From assembly GCF_009914755.1 (NCBI RefSeq), contig NC_060928.1: a DNA stretch of 64,000 bases. One strand, given 5' to 3'. Position 1 is the first letter of the stretch, and the number at the start of each line of letters is the position of its first letter. The DNA is from the human T2T-CHM13v2.0 reference genome, Homo sapiens. A program made the translations under genes and the position numbers. The notes below the pieces were generated by a model that was given only the letters and a program-made list of their open reading frames with translations, did not search any database and was not told the DNA's origin. Of the stretch, positions 1 through 12,458 are shown piece by piece.

Positions 1-89
1 GTACAACAAACCCCCATGACAAAAGTTTACCTGTGGAACAAACCATCACTTGTACCCCTGAACTTAAAGTGAAAGTTTAAAAAAAAAAA
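1..89 (+). mobile_element. L1 (L1PA/PB-type) 3' end with poly-A
   Basis: acaaacccccatgac...tgtacccctgaacttaaa + A-tail matches an L1 3' UTR terminus. Confidence 0.8.
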
Positions 90-236
90 GTACCTTGTCA
101 TATGAGTCAAATTCAAATTACAGCATATTTGTAAGATTTCTAAAATGATAAAGAGATAAATGCCTTCCATAAAGCTGGTAAGGATATGAGGACAGGATAG
201 GTTAAGTAACAGAGCTACAGAAGACTGAAGTAAATA

Positions 237-275
<39 letters not shown>

Positions 276-277
276 AA
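237..277 (+). repeat. (TAAA)n microsatellite
   Basis: About 10 perfect TAAA units. Confidence 0.95.
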
Positions 278-278
278 T

Positions 279-350
279 GGTTGGTGTAAAAGTAATTGCA
301 GTTTTTTAAAAAGTAATGTCAAAAACCTCAATTACTTTTGCACCAACCTA
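279..350. mobile_element. MADE1 (Hsmar1-derived mariner MITE)
   Basis: Palindrome ggttggtgtaaaagtaattgc...caattacttttgcaccaaccta matches MADE1 terminal inverted repeats. Confidence 0.9.
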
Positions 351-1304
351 TTTTTTATTTATTTTTACATTAAATTAGGTTAAATGCAATCGTGATGTTT
401 CACACATAGTGACTTAGACAAATAAGATAATAAGTGATAAATTCAAGCATTTAAGTAATTGTTAAGCAGTCATAATTCTAATGTAAAGCAGAGTAATTAC
501 TAATGGTCTACACCTTTTTAATTAATGTATTTACCATAGTCACTTTCATCTGCCAAATTTAATATTAAGCTTTTTATTTTAAAATCAATTAAATTGGAGA
601 GAATTTACTTATATTCACTTATTCCATAAGTTAGAGTCTGACAGCTGATGATTTACAAAAAATCAAATCTATGCAATCATTTATGTATGAGAACTAAATG
701 AATTCTGCTTAGAAATTACATATAACTTGTTTCTAATTACAAATTACTAAGCATTTCTTCCATAAAAAATTCAAGTGACATTTTCACATATATTCAGAAT
801 ATTATCATATTTGTTAGCATTGTAAATTCTTTAAATATAGGAAAGACTGATTGATAGTTCATAAATGATAGGGCAGTTGAAAATTTTCCAAAATTGTGAT
901 GATGCTAAAGTTTGTTCAACTTGCTGTTAACTTTTCGGTGACAAACTACAAAACGTTGACAGCAGTGATCATTATGGTCATCTATAGCTAAGCCATTTGG
1001 TATATGCCTAATACCAAAATGAAGTACTGATTTTGGAGTTACCAAACAATCTTCATAGAGTATAATGAACACATTTTAACATATATTTGCTATATAAGTA
1101 TTAAATGTAACTTCAGATTTGCAGCAAAAAAATAGTAAAGGTGATTACAGGAAGGCTATATAGGATGTAAAACTAAAGAATACCTCATAAATATTCAAAA
1201 CAATATTTAGATCAAAGCTGTATTGTACATATTAGAAAGTTAGTTATTACTATAATTTATGGGGTATCTGAACCTCTCTCCCTACCTGGCTTCCTTCTAC
1301 TTGA

Positions 1305-1505
1305 CTCCTCCTCCTCCTCCTCCTTCTTTCTTCTTCTTCTCCTTCTACTTCTCTTCTTTCTCTCCCTCTTCTTTTCTTCTGTTCTGTTCTCTTCTCCTTC
1401 TCCTTCTCCTTCTCCTTCTCCTCCTTCTCCTTCTCCTCCTTCTCCTCCTCCTCCTCCTCCTTCTTCTTCTGCTTCTTCATCTTCTTCCTCCTCCTCCTCC
1501 TCCTC
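1305..1505 (+). repeat. (CTC/CTT)n polypyrimidine tract, expanded tail of the adjacent Alu
   Basis: About 200 nt, almost purely C/T; directly abuts the tail of a minus-strand Alu. Confidence 0.9.
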
Positions 1506-1510
1506 TACTA

Positions 1511-1788
1511 TTTGAGATAGGGTCTCACATTATCACTCAGGCTGAAGTGCAATCATAGCTCACTGAAACCTCAAACTCCTGGGCTCAATCAGTCCTCCTA
1601 AATCAGCCTTCTGAGTAGCTAAGACCACAGATATGTACCTGTATTTCCTGCTAATTTTCTTTTTGCTTGTTTTTAGAGATGAGATATTGCTATGTAGCCC
1701 AGTTTGGTCTGGAACTCCTGGGCTCAACGGATCCTCCCACCTTGGTTGCCCAAAGTGCTGGAATTAAGCATGAGCCACTGCACCTGTT
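1511..1788 (-). mobile_element. AluJ-type SINE
   Basis: tttgagatagggtctc...ctcctgggctcaa...caaagtgctggaatta...gagccactgcacctg. Confidence 0.9.
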
Positions 1789-2549
1789 CTTGATTCTTCC
1801 TTATAGTCAGTTTTCAGGATGGTTTTCAGATACAAGTGGTTAAATTACTTGATGTTTATAATATACTCAGTGTACATTTTCTCTGTCTTTTTCTGTCAGG
1901 CAGCTATGATGTTGAGACGCAAATTTTACAATGATGCTTTACTGAGCTGTTTTATAGGCATGGCATAAGGCAGAAAATACCAGCTCTGATAAGATAAAAC
2001 ATCATTCTTTTTTACTTTTAGTTATACAACTCTGTGATCTCAAACAAAGAATGATTTAGTCATGGGGTGAAAGCCAATAAACATTGGATTTGGATGCAAA
2101 TATTGCTGGGGCCACACATTTATACTGTTGAAAAATGGTGTACATTTTAAGCTAGAATAATGCTAAAGTGCCTCAACTCTTGTATTAAAATTTTAGCATT
2201 TCATTCTGTTCATCGTGTTGCCAAAATGTGTACATTTACTTTTAAACAAGTACATAGGATTTCTTTTCTCTCGGATTTACCTAAGAATATAATCTTAATC
2301 TATTGGAATAACAGTCCTTATTGAATGAAATGGTATCTGAAGTGTCTGACACATATTAGGAAATTAATAGTGTTAGTAACAACAACAAGAAATAGCAATG
2401 ACGTTAACAGTCAACATTAATTCAAATCACTAACTAGGTAACAAATACATTTTAAGAGTTTTGTCTCTATTAACTGCTTTTCCCACACAATGCAATGTAA
2501 GATTTGTACTATTATTAGAGTAGTCATAGTCATCTCGGATGAGAATATT

Positions 2550-3170
2550 CTCTGATAATTTTATCAACTGTTGCCTGAACTCTTACACCAGTCTCCTAAA
2601 TGCTTCTGTGCATAGTGTTGGCCCTCTTCAATTAAAACCAGGCACTGTATCTTAAGGCATTTTTTTTTTTGTAATGAAGTCTGATCATATCTTTCCCCAG
2701 CTCAATTTTTTTTCCTCTGACTCCCCAATGTCTTTGTTAGATATTTCAAATTTATTTCTGTTATCTGATTCCAAATTATCTCTCTAAGGAAATCTGCCTC
2801 TTTATTCAACCTCTTCCTGCTAAACTAAACTTGGAGTTTCGGAACTGAACTATCATTACTCTTCTACCTGCTTTCATTTTGTATCTTCCTCTCACTTGAC
2901 CTATTTCTGCAAATCATTCAGGTCTCAGTTTTATTATCAGTGTTGCTGGTATACCTACTATTATCCCTACTGAATGTTCTCCAAGCATTGTGGTCCTTTC
3001 TTTTTAAAACATTTTATACACATTTTATGACATGCTTTTTATTCTACAATTCCAAATAGATTTTAAAGTCTATGGGAGTAGAAAATGTCCCTAAATTTCT
3101 TTCTCTGCAAATCCAGCACTTACCTCTGGTGAATTTTAGTCACTTTATAAAGAGTTTTTGAGGAAATGAT
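2550..3170 (+). mobile_element. Degenerate L2 3' fragment
   Basis: tctgatcatatc...; tagattttaaagtctatgggagtagaaaatgtc...ccagcactt resembles the L2 3' end. Confidence 0.5.
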
Positions 3171-4904
3171 TTATACTGGCTTCTGTGTTGAGTAATGAAT
3201 TCCTTAGTTTCAGTGACCCTATTCTTAATGTTTTACAGGCATCTCACTTTATTCTATAATGATATAATGATAGTTATTTTAGACAGGGGGTTAGCAGATT
3301 TTCAGTAGCGTCCTTTAACAAAATCAAAGCTTGATGAGTTTGGGAGAGAAAATACTAAATACTATGAGGTTCTAATTAGCCATATTTCTGTTTCCCCATT
3401 GTCTTAGACAATGTAGTGGGTCTCCCTGGTTGAGTAAAAGACAGGATAATGAGATAATTGTCATGTGAATAGACTGTGTAATTTTCCAAAATAAGTTGGA
3501 ATAATACAGGCAATGCTTTACACAGTGTCTGTGCATTAATGAAACAGTTATACTAATTTGGACATAATATAATTTGTGTGAATAATTTATGTTATATAGT
3601 ATATGTATACACACAAATACACACACATATATATGAAAGGCAAAGTGACGGGAGACTATGTCTCTAACATCACCGAGTCATTAAAATAACCCACTATAAA
3701 ATTGAATATGCATTTGTTTTCTATCTAAAGATATAAATGTAAACAACTATTTTAGCTGCATAATCAAGTAATCTTAACATATCCATGGAAACGGGTTTCC
3801 CAGGATTTTATTTTCTACTATTTAGTTTCTACTATTTAGCAAACTGGTTCCTGAACATTGACTTTTCAAGTGAATGTGATGTTTTTGAGACAATGTCTGC
3901 TCAAGTGTCTCAAGTGAATGTACTGCTTTTAGTTATGTTAATAACTGAAGAATATTGTTTATAGAAATATTTGCAAATATCAGTTGGAATTTTTTCAGAA
4001 ATTATGGAAATGAAGATGTGTACTCACCCTTAGTTTTGGCTGAGTTTTTAAATGGAGAAAAATAGATTTTAAAAAGTAAAGACTAATTACATGTATGTCC
4101 AAACTTTAACAGGATTTTATGTCTTTAAAACAGACTTGTGAGAACTTAATAAAGAAATGTATAAATATTAAAAACCTCAAAGTATAGGATTTTTTTGCAT
4201 CTGGAGAAAAAGATAATGTATTTCTCACCTGTGAAGCATCCTTTAAGTAATATGAAATAAATATTTTTCATTTTAAATAAGGAAACTGATCTATACAAGA
4301 AAAGGCAATTTCCTCAATGCTACACAACTGTGCTAGAAATATATGTGTGCCTCATAAATCTATGTACTTGTTTATCAAGATATTAGGAAGATGTCTCCTG
4401 GGTTTTTATAAGATAAAAATGAATGTATGGTAAAATGTATATCTAATTGCCGAAATACATTTGCAATTCATTAATTCATAGTTGTATGACTTCCTACAGT
4501 GTCCTGTATAAGTGATGGCCACAGGTTTCTAGCTGATCCTGTAACTTTCGGTGCAGCTTTTCCACCATATTAGTAAGATTATTGATCATTTTATCTTTGA
4601 ATTTTATCGTTTCACCTATAAAACACACAGTTTTTTTATTTTATATTTATATAAACTTACCTTAAAAGGCATAAGGAAAGGTAGGACTTCATAATACCAA
4701 TTAAAAACTTACATAGTTCTTCACTGTAAAACTAATTCCATTTCCTTTTTTTTAAACAAAGTATGATTTTACTCCCTTTGTCAAGCTCACAGTTCTTTTT
4801 TTAATAGTGACAATCCATATATATAGACATTCCTAAAAGAAATAAAAGTAATTCAGTAGACATGTCACTGTTACAGAACCTGAATATGGAATGCATTCGA
4901 TGCT

Positions 4905-5108
4905 TTTGTTTGATTTTGTTGAGACAGGGTCTCTCTCTGTTGCCCAGATTGGAGTGCAGTGGCATGATCGCACCTGGCTGCAGCCTTGGCCTCTCAGGCT
5001 CAAGCGATCCTCCTGCCTCAACCTCCCAAGTAGTTGGGACTACAGGCGTGTGCCACAGTCCTGGCTAATTTTTTGTAGATATGGGGTCTCAATATATTGC
5101 CCAGGCTG
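4905..5108 (-). mobile_element. AluJ-type SINE, 5' truncated
   Basis: gagacagggtctc...ggctcaagcgatcctcctgcctc...tgcccaggctg. Confidence 0.9.
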
Positions 5109-6867
5109 AATTTGATGTTATTTCAAGTTGATTTTTGTGTGTTTGGAAGTTTGTCTTGCTCCTCAACTACTATGCAGGTAGACAGTCATCCCCCAGAGAT
5201 TCACTAGATTGCCATATAGAGGCACTTTATCATTTCCCTATTGTTCCTAATACAGAATTGTAGAGCTGGAAAGTAACTTCAGTTTTCTAAATCTATTCCT
5301 AAACAGGATATCACTAACTTCTTTAGAATCATTTCTCAGTATACATCAACTTATTGAGAACTGTCTAATACTCAAAGAAATGAAATCTTGAGTTCAGTAA
5401 GCTGTGTTCCAAGCAGGAATCATTTTCACTTACCAAAATATCTCCTATTACCTCAAGCTATCCTTGTTGAGGAAAGCTGAAAATTAAATTTTAAGTATCA
5501 AGTCTAGACCATAGAGTGCTTTGGTGGGAGTATTTTGATTATATACCTCCTACCCATCAGAAGCAGGCAGCTAATATTGTGAACTGAGCATTTTTGTCAA
5601 AAGTCACAGGCAAGAGACTAGAGAAGAATGAGAAAGGTCAAATGGACCTTGTGTGGCTGACTACATGGATCTTGTTTCTTGGAGGTCTGTCACAGAAGAG
5701 AAAACACATAGAGGTGAAGAAACAGAACAGACTCAGTCAGCATCCTTACCTAGAGATGGCAACATCTCTATTAAGACCAATGCAATACCTTTTCATCTTC
5801 AACAACTGTTGTTTTGTCTGTCTTTGATCCTTGGCATTGTCAAAAACTTAACTGCAGGTCCAGTGTATATTTTTCCTTATTTTTCCCTTTTAGCTATCTG
5901 CTAAAATGATTAAATGTCACAACTGTACTTTTCCAAAGAAACAGAACTATTGACAATTTAAAGCCTGTCATGCAGGTCATGTTTCAAATTGAGGCTAAAA
6001 TTTTCAACAGCTATAGAAACATTGTACAATATTAGTGTTTTTTTTTAAAGAAAATGTTAGTTCATGGAGTATACTAAATATCTGTGATAGATTAAATATA
6101 TTAGTTCTAATCTTACTTTTGATTTTGGGAGCCCAAAATAAAGAGAGTGTTGTTTTCATGGTTATGCCTTGTTTGTGGAGTCAAGTGTCGATATACTTGA
6201 GGCATGTTATGTGTCTTCTAATTAATATTTTTATCACCGTGAATTTGTGTCTCTTCCAAGCATTAAACTTTTACTATGTATCTTAAATTCCTTATTAGAA
6301 AAATGAAAGTGTGAATACTTTGTTTGGCTTATATTTTCATTTATTGTAGTTGACCACATTTTATGGTTCCTGAGTGCCTTCACCCAGCTACACTTTACCT
6401 TGTATCTATAAAAGTGTAATTTAGAGTAAATACATTGGCTATAAAGTCGAGATCAGGTGCTCTCCACCAAAAGCAAAACAAAACTTCTGAAATGTGGCAA
6501 GGTTTCTCAGTGCAAGCTTAAATATTTAAACTGTTGACCATGTGGAAAATACTGGACAAAGGGGAAGAACAAAACATCATGTGCAATAGCTAGAGGTTAT
6601 GCAAGGCAAAGCAAGGTTATACTTTTTGACTAAGTTACTCTTAAAAGTTAAATGCATTTTTTCTTGTGAAGTGTGGATTATAAAAGCCAAAGACAAAACC
6701 AGTGTGAAAAATGTTTTGTATTCTACAATACCTTTTACGAGTAAGAGTAAAACATAAATTTTTTATTTGTAATTTTATTTAAGGAGGAATACTCTTTCCC
6801 TTTGGTATGACCACAGTATTATAAACAGCAAGGAATATGTTCTGCTTTCTGCAGTTTTAGAAAGTCA

Positions 6868-7207
6868 TTCCAGCCTGTGTGACAGAATGAAGTAAGACTG
6901 TCTCTTAAAAAAAAAAAAAAAGCTCACACCTGTAACCCCAGCACTTTGGGCACCAAGGTGGGCAAATCGGTTGAGCCCAGGAGTTCGAGACCTACCTGGC
7001 AACAAAGTTAGATTCCCCCTACTCTCTACAAAAGTAAAAAAAAAAAAAAAAAAAGCTGGTCATGGTGGCACACGCCTGTGGTCCCAACCACATGAAATTC
7101 TGAAGCAGGTGGATCTCTTGAGACTGGCTGGGAGGTCGAGGTTGCAGTGAGCTATGCTCATGCCACCACACTCCAGCCTATGCAACACAGATCTTGTCTC
7201 AAAAAAG
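6868..7207 (+). mobile_element. Alu 3' fragment + A-tail fused to a near full-length AluJ
   Basis: ttccagcctgtgtgacaga...A14, then gctcacacctgtaaccccagcactttggg...tgtctcaaaaaa. Confidence 0.85.
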
Positions 7208-7294
7208 AAGTCATCTGTGTGTTTCTTTCAGGGACATCTATGGCAATGCTTGTACCATGAATTTAAAACTTCTAACTTGATGGCACATTTTTAC

Positions 7295-7575
7295 TTTTTT
7301 TTTTTTCCGAGATGGAGTCTTTCTCTGTTGCCCAGGCTGGAGTGTAGTGGCGCGATCCTGGCCCACTGCAACCTCTGCCCCCCAGGTTCAAGAGGAGGCA
7401 GCCCTCCCGAGTAGCTGGAACTACAGGCATGTGCCACCACGCCCAGCCAATTTTGCATTTTTAGTTGAGACAAGGTTGCTGGCCAGGCTGGTCTCAAACT
7501 CTTGACCTGAAAAGATCCACCCACCTCAGCCTCCTAAAGTGCTGAGACCACAGGCGTGGGCCACCACACCAGGTT
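7295..7575 (-). mobile_element. Alu (S/J) with 14-bp TSD
   Basis: Poly-T then Alu body; TSD TGATGGCACATTTT at 7278-7291 and 7577-7590. Confidence 0.92.
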
Positions 7576-7633
7576 CTGATGGCACATTTTAAAACTGATC
7601 TCATTTCTTATTGATTGTTTGAAACCAAAAGTC

Positions 7634-7636
<3 letters not shown>

Positions 7637-7678
<42 letters not shown>
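7637..7678 (+). repeat. (CA)n microsatellite
   Basis: About 21 perfect AC units. Confidence 0.97.
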
Positions 7679-7681
<3 letters not shown>

Positions 7682-8424
7682 GTTCTCCATTTATGTTATT
7701 TGATTATAAAAATTATGACAGAACAACACGCATGTAGGAAGGAGGTAATTGAAGTCCTCCACTATGCTTCTCCAGTATGTAGTCAGGAAACAAGCAGAAA
7801 CTGTGAAAAAAAAGGATGCTTTAGTAGCTCAGTCAGCAGCTCACCACTGAGACCACTGGCATGTGAAAGAATGACATCAAACCTCAACTTTTGTAGGTTT
7901 TCAAGTTTATTGTTCAAAACCAAATTTTTACAAAGATTTTCATAACAATCACAATATCCCTGTAATTGTTTTGCAGTGGTGCAATATCTGTCCAAAATGT
8001 ATCTTTGGGTACATCTTTTATGCATTGATCTATCCTGTCAAAAAATTCTACAATCCATCTTTAGCGCAACATGTATAAAAAAGTTCAAATTTAATACTAG
8101 ATAGACTACTGAGATCAAGGAAAATGGAAGACAAAGGTCTAGAACAGTCACCTCATGACCTCTCTAGACAAGTTTATTCAATACTCACTTCATATGAAGT
8201 GAGTTCATCCAGTTCTCAATTCACTTCATATTGATCCAGTGTCTATATTTTACCAGCACCTTTCCACAACTCCTCTACCTAAAGTAACAACTCAACTGTA
8301 GGGGAAGCAAAACTGAAGTTCATTTCATAGACAGTCTAGTTAAATGCAATGCTTATTTCTCTATGCATCTGTTGCTTCTAACTAAGGAGAAATCATCAAG
8401 AATTTAAAATAAAACTCCAACACA

Positions 8425-8768
8425 TCTGGCTTACCCAGCCTTGCTGTTATAACAAGACACCTGAGACTGGACAATTTACCAAGAACAGAAATTGTTTTCT
8501 CACAGTTCTGGAGGCTGGCAAGTTAAAGATCAAGATGCTGGTATCTAGGGAAAGCCTTCTTGCTGCATTCTCACATGGTAGAAGTGGAATGGCAAAAGTG
8601 ACCAGTTCTGTATCTTCATGTAGCAGAAAAGCAAGCCTGCTGAATGAAGCTAAAAAGACCTTCATCCCATTCACGAAGAAGGCAATATCACCTCTTAGAG
8701 GCCCCTCCTCATAATCTGTCACATTGGCAACACCTGAATTTTGGAAAGGACACATTCCAACCATAGCA
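8425..8768 (-). mobile_element. MaLR LTR (MST/MLT1-type)
   Basis: ctcacagttctggaggctgg...aagatcaag...gaattttggaaaggacacattccaaccatagca. Confidence 0.8.
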
Positions 8769-9074
8769 ATGTCAAAGTAAATACATTATATGAACAATCA
8801 CAGTTTCTGGATGACAAATGGATCAAGAAAAGGTAGATGGCCTCATGCTTACAAGTGTGTGTTACTGTGTCTTTTAAAATTACAAGTGTTTTACTCCCCA
8901 GTAAGAGTTGAACTTGTGTGTTCTAGACACCTAAGTCATATAAGAGGTTTGTGAAGTGTCAAGTACAGTGAGAAATGGAGACTTCTTGGTCTGCAGTCCC
9001 CTTGACACAGAACTGGAGATAAAGTAATTATACAGCTGAATTACCATTTCTTAGATGTCACGGTTCAAGATACT

Positions 9075-10730
9075 TTTGTGTGTAAAAAATTTGTACACAT
9101 ACAATTCACATATTTATCAATTTAAAGTGTACAATTCAATGGCTGGGTGCAATGGCTCATGTCTGTAATCCCAGTACTTTGTGAAACCCAGGAAGGTGGG
9201 TCACTTAAACCCAGAGGTTTGATATCAACATGGGCAACACAGTGAATCCTTGTCTCTACAAAAAAAAAACAAAAACAAAACGAACAATTAGCTGGCTGTG
9301 GTAGTGTGCACATGCAGTCCCAGCTACTTGGGAAGCTGAGGTGGGAGGATGGCATGAGTCCAGGAGGTTGAGGCTGCAAAGGGTGGAGATTGCAATCCTG
9401 TCTTCCAAAAAAAAAGTTTTTAATATACAATTCAGTGGTTCATCGTATATTCATAGAATTTTTCAACAACTGCAACAACAAGATTTAGAGTATTTTATCA
9501 CCCACCAAAAGAAACACTGTACCCTTAGCCATTCCTTATCCTGCATTTTAGGCAAACACTAACTTATTTTTTATCTCTATCAATTTTCCTATTAAGAGCA
9601 TTTCATATGAAGGGACATATTGTTATATGAAGGATCTTTGTTGTTTGGCATCTATACTTAGTATAATGTTTTAAAAAGTCTCATTAATGGTATAGCATGC
9701 ATCAAGACTTTATTATTTTTATTGCCAAATAATATTCTAAAACATATTGTTTATTCATTTATCAGTGATGAACTGTAGTTTTCTCTCCAGTTTTGGTTAA
9801 GATGTTATCAACATGCATGTATTAATTTTGTATAGACCTATTGCCATTTGTGTCTGGTATATTACTAGAGGTAGAATTGCTGGGTCATATTGTAACTCTG
9901 TTTAAACTTTAATAAACTGGCAGATTGTTTCAAAGTGCCTGAATAATTTTTGATACACACAAGCAAAGTATGAAGATTCCAAATTCTCCATATCCTTGCC
10001 AACACTTTTAATTACTTATCTTTTTGATAATAGCCATGTTAGTGAGGGTGAAGTGGTATCTCATTGTGGTTTTTACTTAAATTTTCCTGTAATAATGTTG
10101 AACTTAATGATGCAGAGCATTTTTTCATTTGTTCTTATTGGACATTACATTTGCTCATTTGTCCTCATTGGACATTTACATATTCCTTAGAGAAATGCCT
10201 GTTCAGATCTTATGCACATTTTTGGATTGGGTCATTTTTTTTTTATCATTGAGCTGTAAGCTTTCTTTATAAATTTCTTACACAAGTCATTTACCATGTA
10301 TGTAATTTGCAACTATATCCTCCAAAGTCTGGTTTCTCTTCAGACTTTAGTGCTGGTGTTTGGATGTACAAAAATTTTGATTTCAGTGAAGTCCAATTTA
10401 TCAATTTTAATTTGATTGCTTCTGCTTTTGGTGTCATATCTAAAAACCTTGCAAAATTCAGGGTTAGAAAGAAAGCTATACCCATATTCTTCCTGCTGAG
10501 AGTTTTATAGTTCTTGATCTTACATTTAGTTTTTTTTTAATCTATTTTGAGTCCATTTTTATATATGACTTGAGGTAAGGGGTTCAATTTTATTCTTTTG
10601 AATACTGATAATCAGTTTGTCCACTGGTATTTGTTAAAGATATTGTTTTTTCTCCATTGTATAGTTTTGCATTCTTGTCAAATATCAATTGACTCTATGT
10701 TTGGCTATATTTCTAGATTTTACAAACTAT
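9075..10730 (-). mobile_element. Old L1M 3' region (interrupted by an Alu)
   Basis: gaattgctgggtcatat, gtgaagtggtatctcattgtggttt and gagaaatgcctgttcagatc are reverse-complement L1 ORF2-end/3' UTR motifs. Confidence 0.8.
9141..9415 (+). mobile_element. AluJ-type SINE inserted in L1M
   Basis: ggctgggtgcaatggctcatgtctgtaatcccag...; partial TSD tacaattca. Confidence 0.9.
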
Positions 10731-10774
10731 TAAAATTGAGTATATGCCTAGCTATATGCCTATAGCTAATGCAT

Positions 10775-10900
10775 GCTAAGCTTAATACCTAGGTGATGGG
10801 CAGATAGGTGCAGCAAACCACCATGGCACACGTTTACTATGTAACAAACCTGCACATGTATCCTGGAACTTAAAATAACATAAAATTGAAAAAAGAAACA
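10775..10900 (+). mobile_element. L1PA 3' terminal fragment
   Basis: gcttaatacctaggtgatggg...gcagcaaaccaccatggcacacgtt...aacctgcacatgta...aacttaaaata. Confidence 0.85.
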
Positions 10901-11219
10901 GTGAAAGAAAGAAGAATTTCAAAAATATCACTAAGGCAACGAATGTAATTTATCTTCTCAATTTCAAATATTGAAATTAACACTTTAGCTAGAAATGTCA
11001 TTAAATTTATAAAGGGTAAAGAAAGCAAAATCTTTAATATATTTATTAAATTAATGCAAGGCTGAATCAAGTAAAAGTATTTGCCTTCAACTATGCTTTC
11101 CGTTGATAAACATTTATTATGCCATATCCTTGGTGAAGCTCTTAGTCTTTTATATACATAGCATAACAATTAATTGATAAATTAAAATTTGTGGAAGATA
11201 AAGACAAAAATAATGCAAT

Positions 11220-12178
11220 GATATCAAATTCCAAGTAAGCATTTTTTATTTTTTGGCATAAAATTAAACTTTTGATTACAAATAGTGATTATATATTATG
11301 AACATTAGTGATTTTTAAGCATAATTAATTGATGTTTTATGTAATTATTTGTACAGTTGACTAAAAATTTTATAAAAATGATAATTATTTTCTAGATTTC
11401 TAATTGTTATATCCTCTAAATATGATCTGTTCACCTTCAACATATAACATAGAACTTTCTCCTTGAAATAAAAGAGTCGATTGATTGATTTATTAAAGAC
11501 AGTACCCAAATCTTCCACTACAGGTTATATAAGAATATATGTTGAAGAAAGGCAGGCAAGTTATGCCGTGATTTTCTAGATATGCTTAATGAAAATTTTG
11601 TAGACATTTAATAGGGACGCACGTCACACTTAAAATTCATTCTCTAACTCCTGAAACATTGAGCAAGCAGAAGAGTTTGTTTTTATTAAAAAAGGAAATC
11701 ATTACCTTTCTCATAACACACTACTCTCCTACGGTGGCTCCCTGATTTGTTTGGTATATGGAAATTTGTGAATTTGACTCTTCCTTACACCTATCAAATT
11801 CCATCTACACTGTATGCATTACCAGGATTCAGCATATTGTTAATCATTAATTAAGGTTAACGATAAAATAATTTGATACTATGAATAGAACATATTTAAA
11901 ATTAGGTAGTATCCTTGTGTCAGAAAAGTGACAGGAAGAGGGTATAGTCAGCAGGGAGAGACAAAGGAAAAATAGAAGACTATAACTCACAAGTTAATAA
12001 TAATCATGCCAAAATCTAGGCTTTATCAGTAGGCTTATCGCAGGTAGAGAAATAGAAAATTTGGAAACAGGATGGGAGACGTGTTTTTGTTAAACTCCTT
12101 TTGTCTGGAATTAATAGGACTACACTACTCAGGATTTTGCCAAACTTAAAAATATATATATTTCCTCTTTTTCTTGAC
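11220..12178 (-). other. UGT2A2: UGT2A1/UGT2A2 3' UTR (about 0.95 kb, 3' end approximate)
   Basis: Non-repetitive AT-rich sequence after the stop codon, ending near an AATAAA followed by a U/GU-rich downstream element. Confidence 0.65.
11245..11250 (-). terminator. Likely main polyadenylation signal AATAAA
   Basis: AATAAA on the minus strand, followed about 30 nt later by CA and TTATTTTTGTCTTTT. Alternative AATAAA at 11682-11687, 11489-11494 and 11113-11118. Confidence 0.6.
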
Positions 12179-12458
12179 CTATTCTCTTTTTTTCTTCTTT
12201 CCTATCTTACCAAATTTTTGACAGGAAAACAAACAACATTGTATGACCAAAAATATAGCCGTTGTCACACAGACCAGCAAGAACCCAATTACATCCAAAG
12301 AGTGGTACTGGAACCAGGTGAGGTCATGGGCTGCAACCCGAAGGTGCTTGGCTCCTTTGTGGCGCATGACAAACTCGATCCAGAAGACTGCTCGATCCAG
12401 GGGCTTTACAGGTTGATCATGGTGAATTCTTGATAACCTCATAGCATTCTCTTTATAA
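12179..12458 (-). CDS. UGT2A2: UGT2A1/UGT2A2 common exon 6 coding part (280 nt; TM helix + dilysine ER-retrieval tail)
   Basis: [40 protein letters not shown]...[40 protein letters not shown]. Acceptor TTGTCTTCTAG|T; TAG stop at 12181-12179. Confidence 0.97.

Noticed and set aside
1250-1558. Poly-E/K and poly-L ORFs (also 22291-22654, 50200-50542, 60528-60951)
   Set aside because: Translations of simple purine/pyrimidine repeats.
12101-12433. Plus-strand ORFs overlapping UGT exons (also 17138-17380, 18888-19223, 22064-22252)
   Set aside because: Antisense shadows of real coding exons with non-ATG starts.
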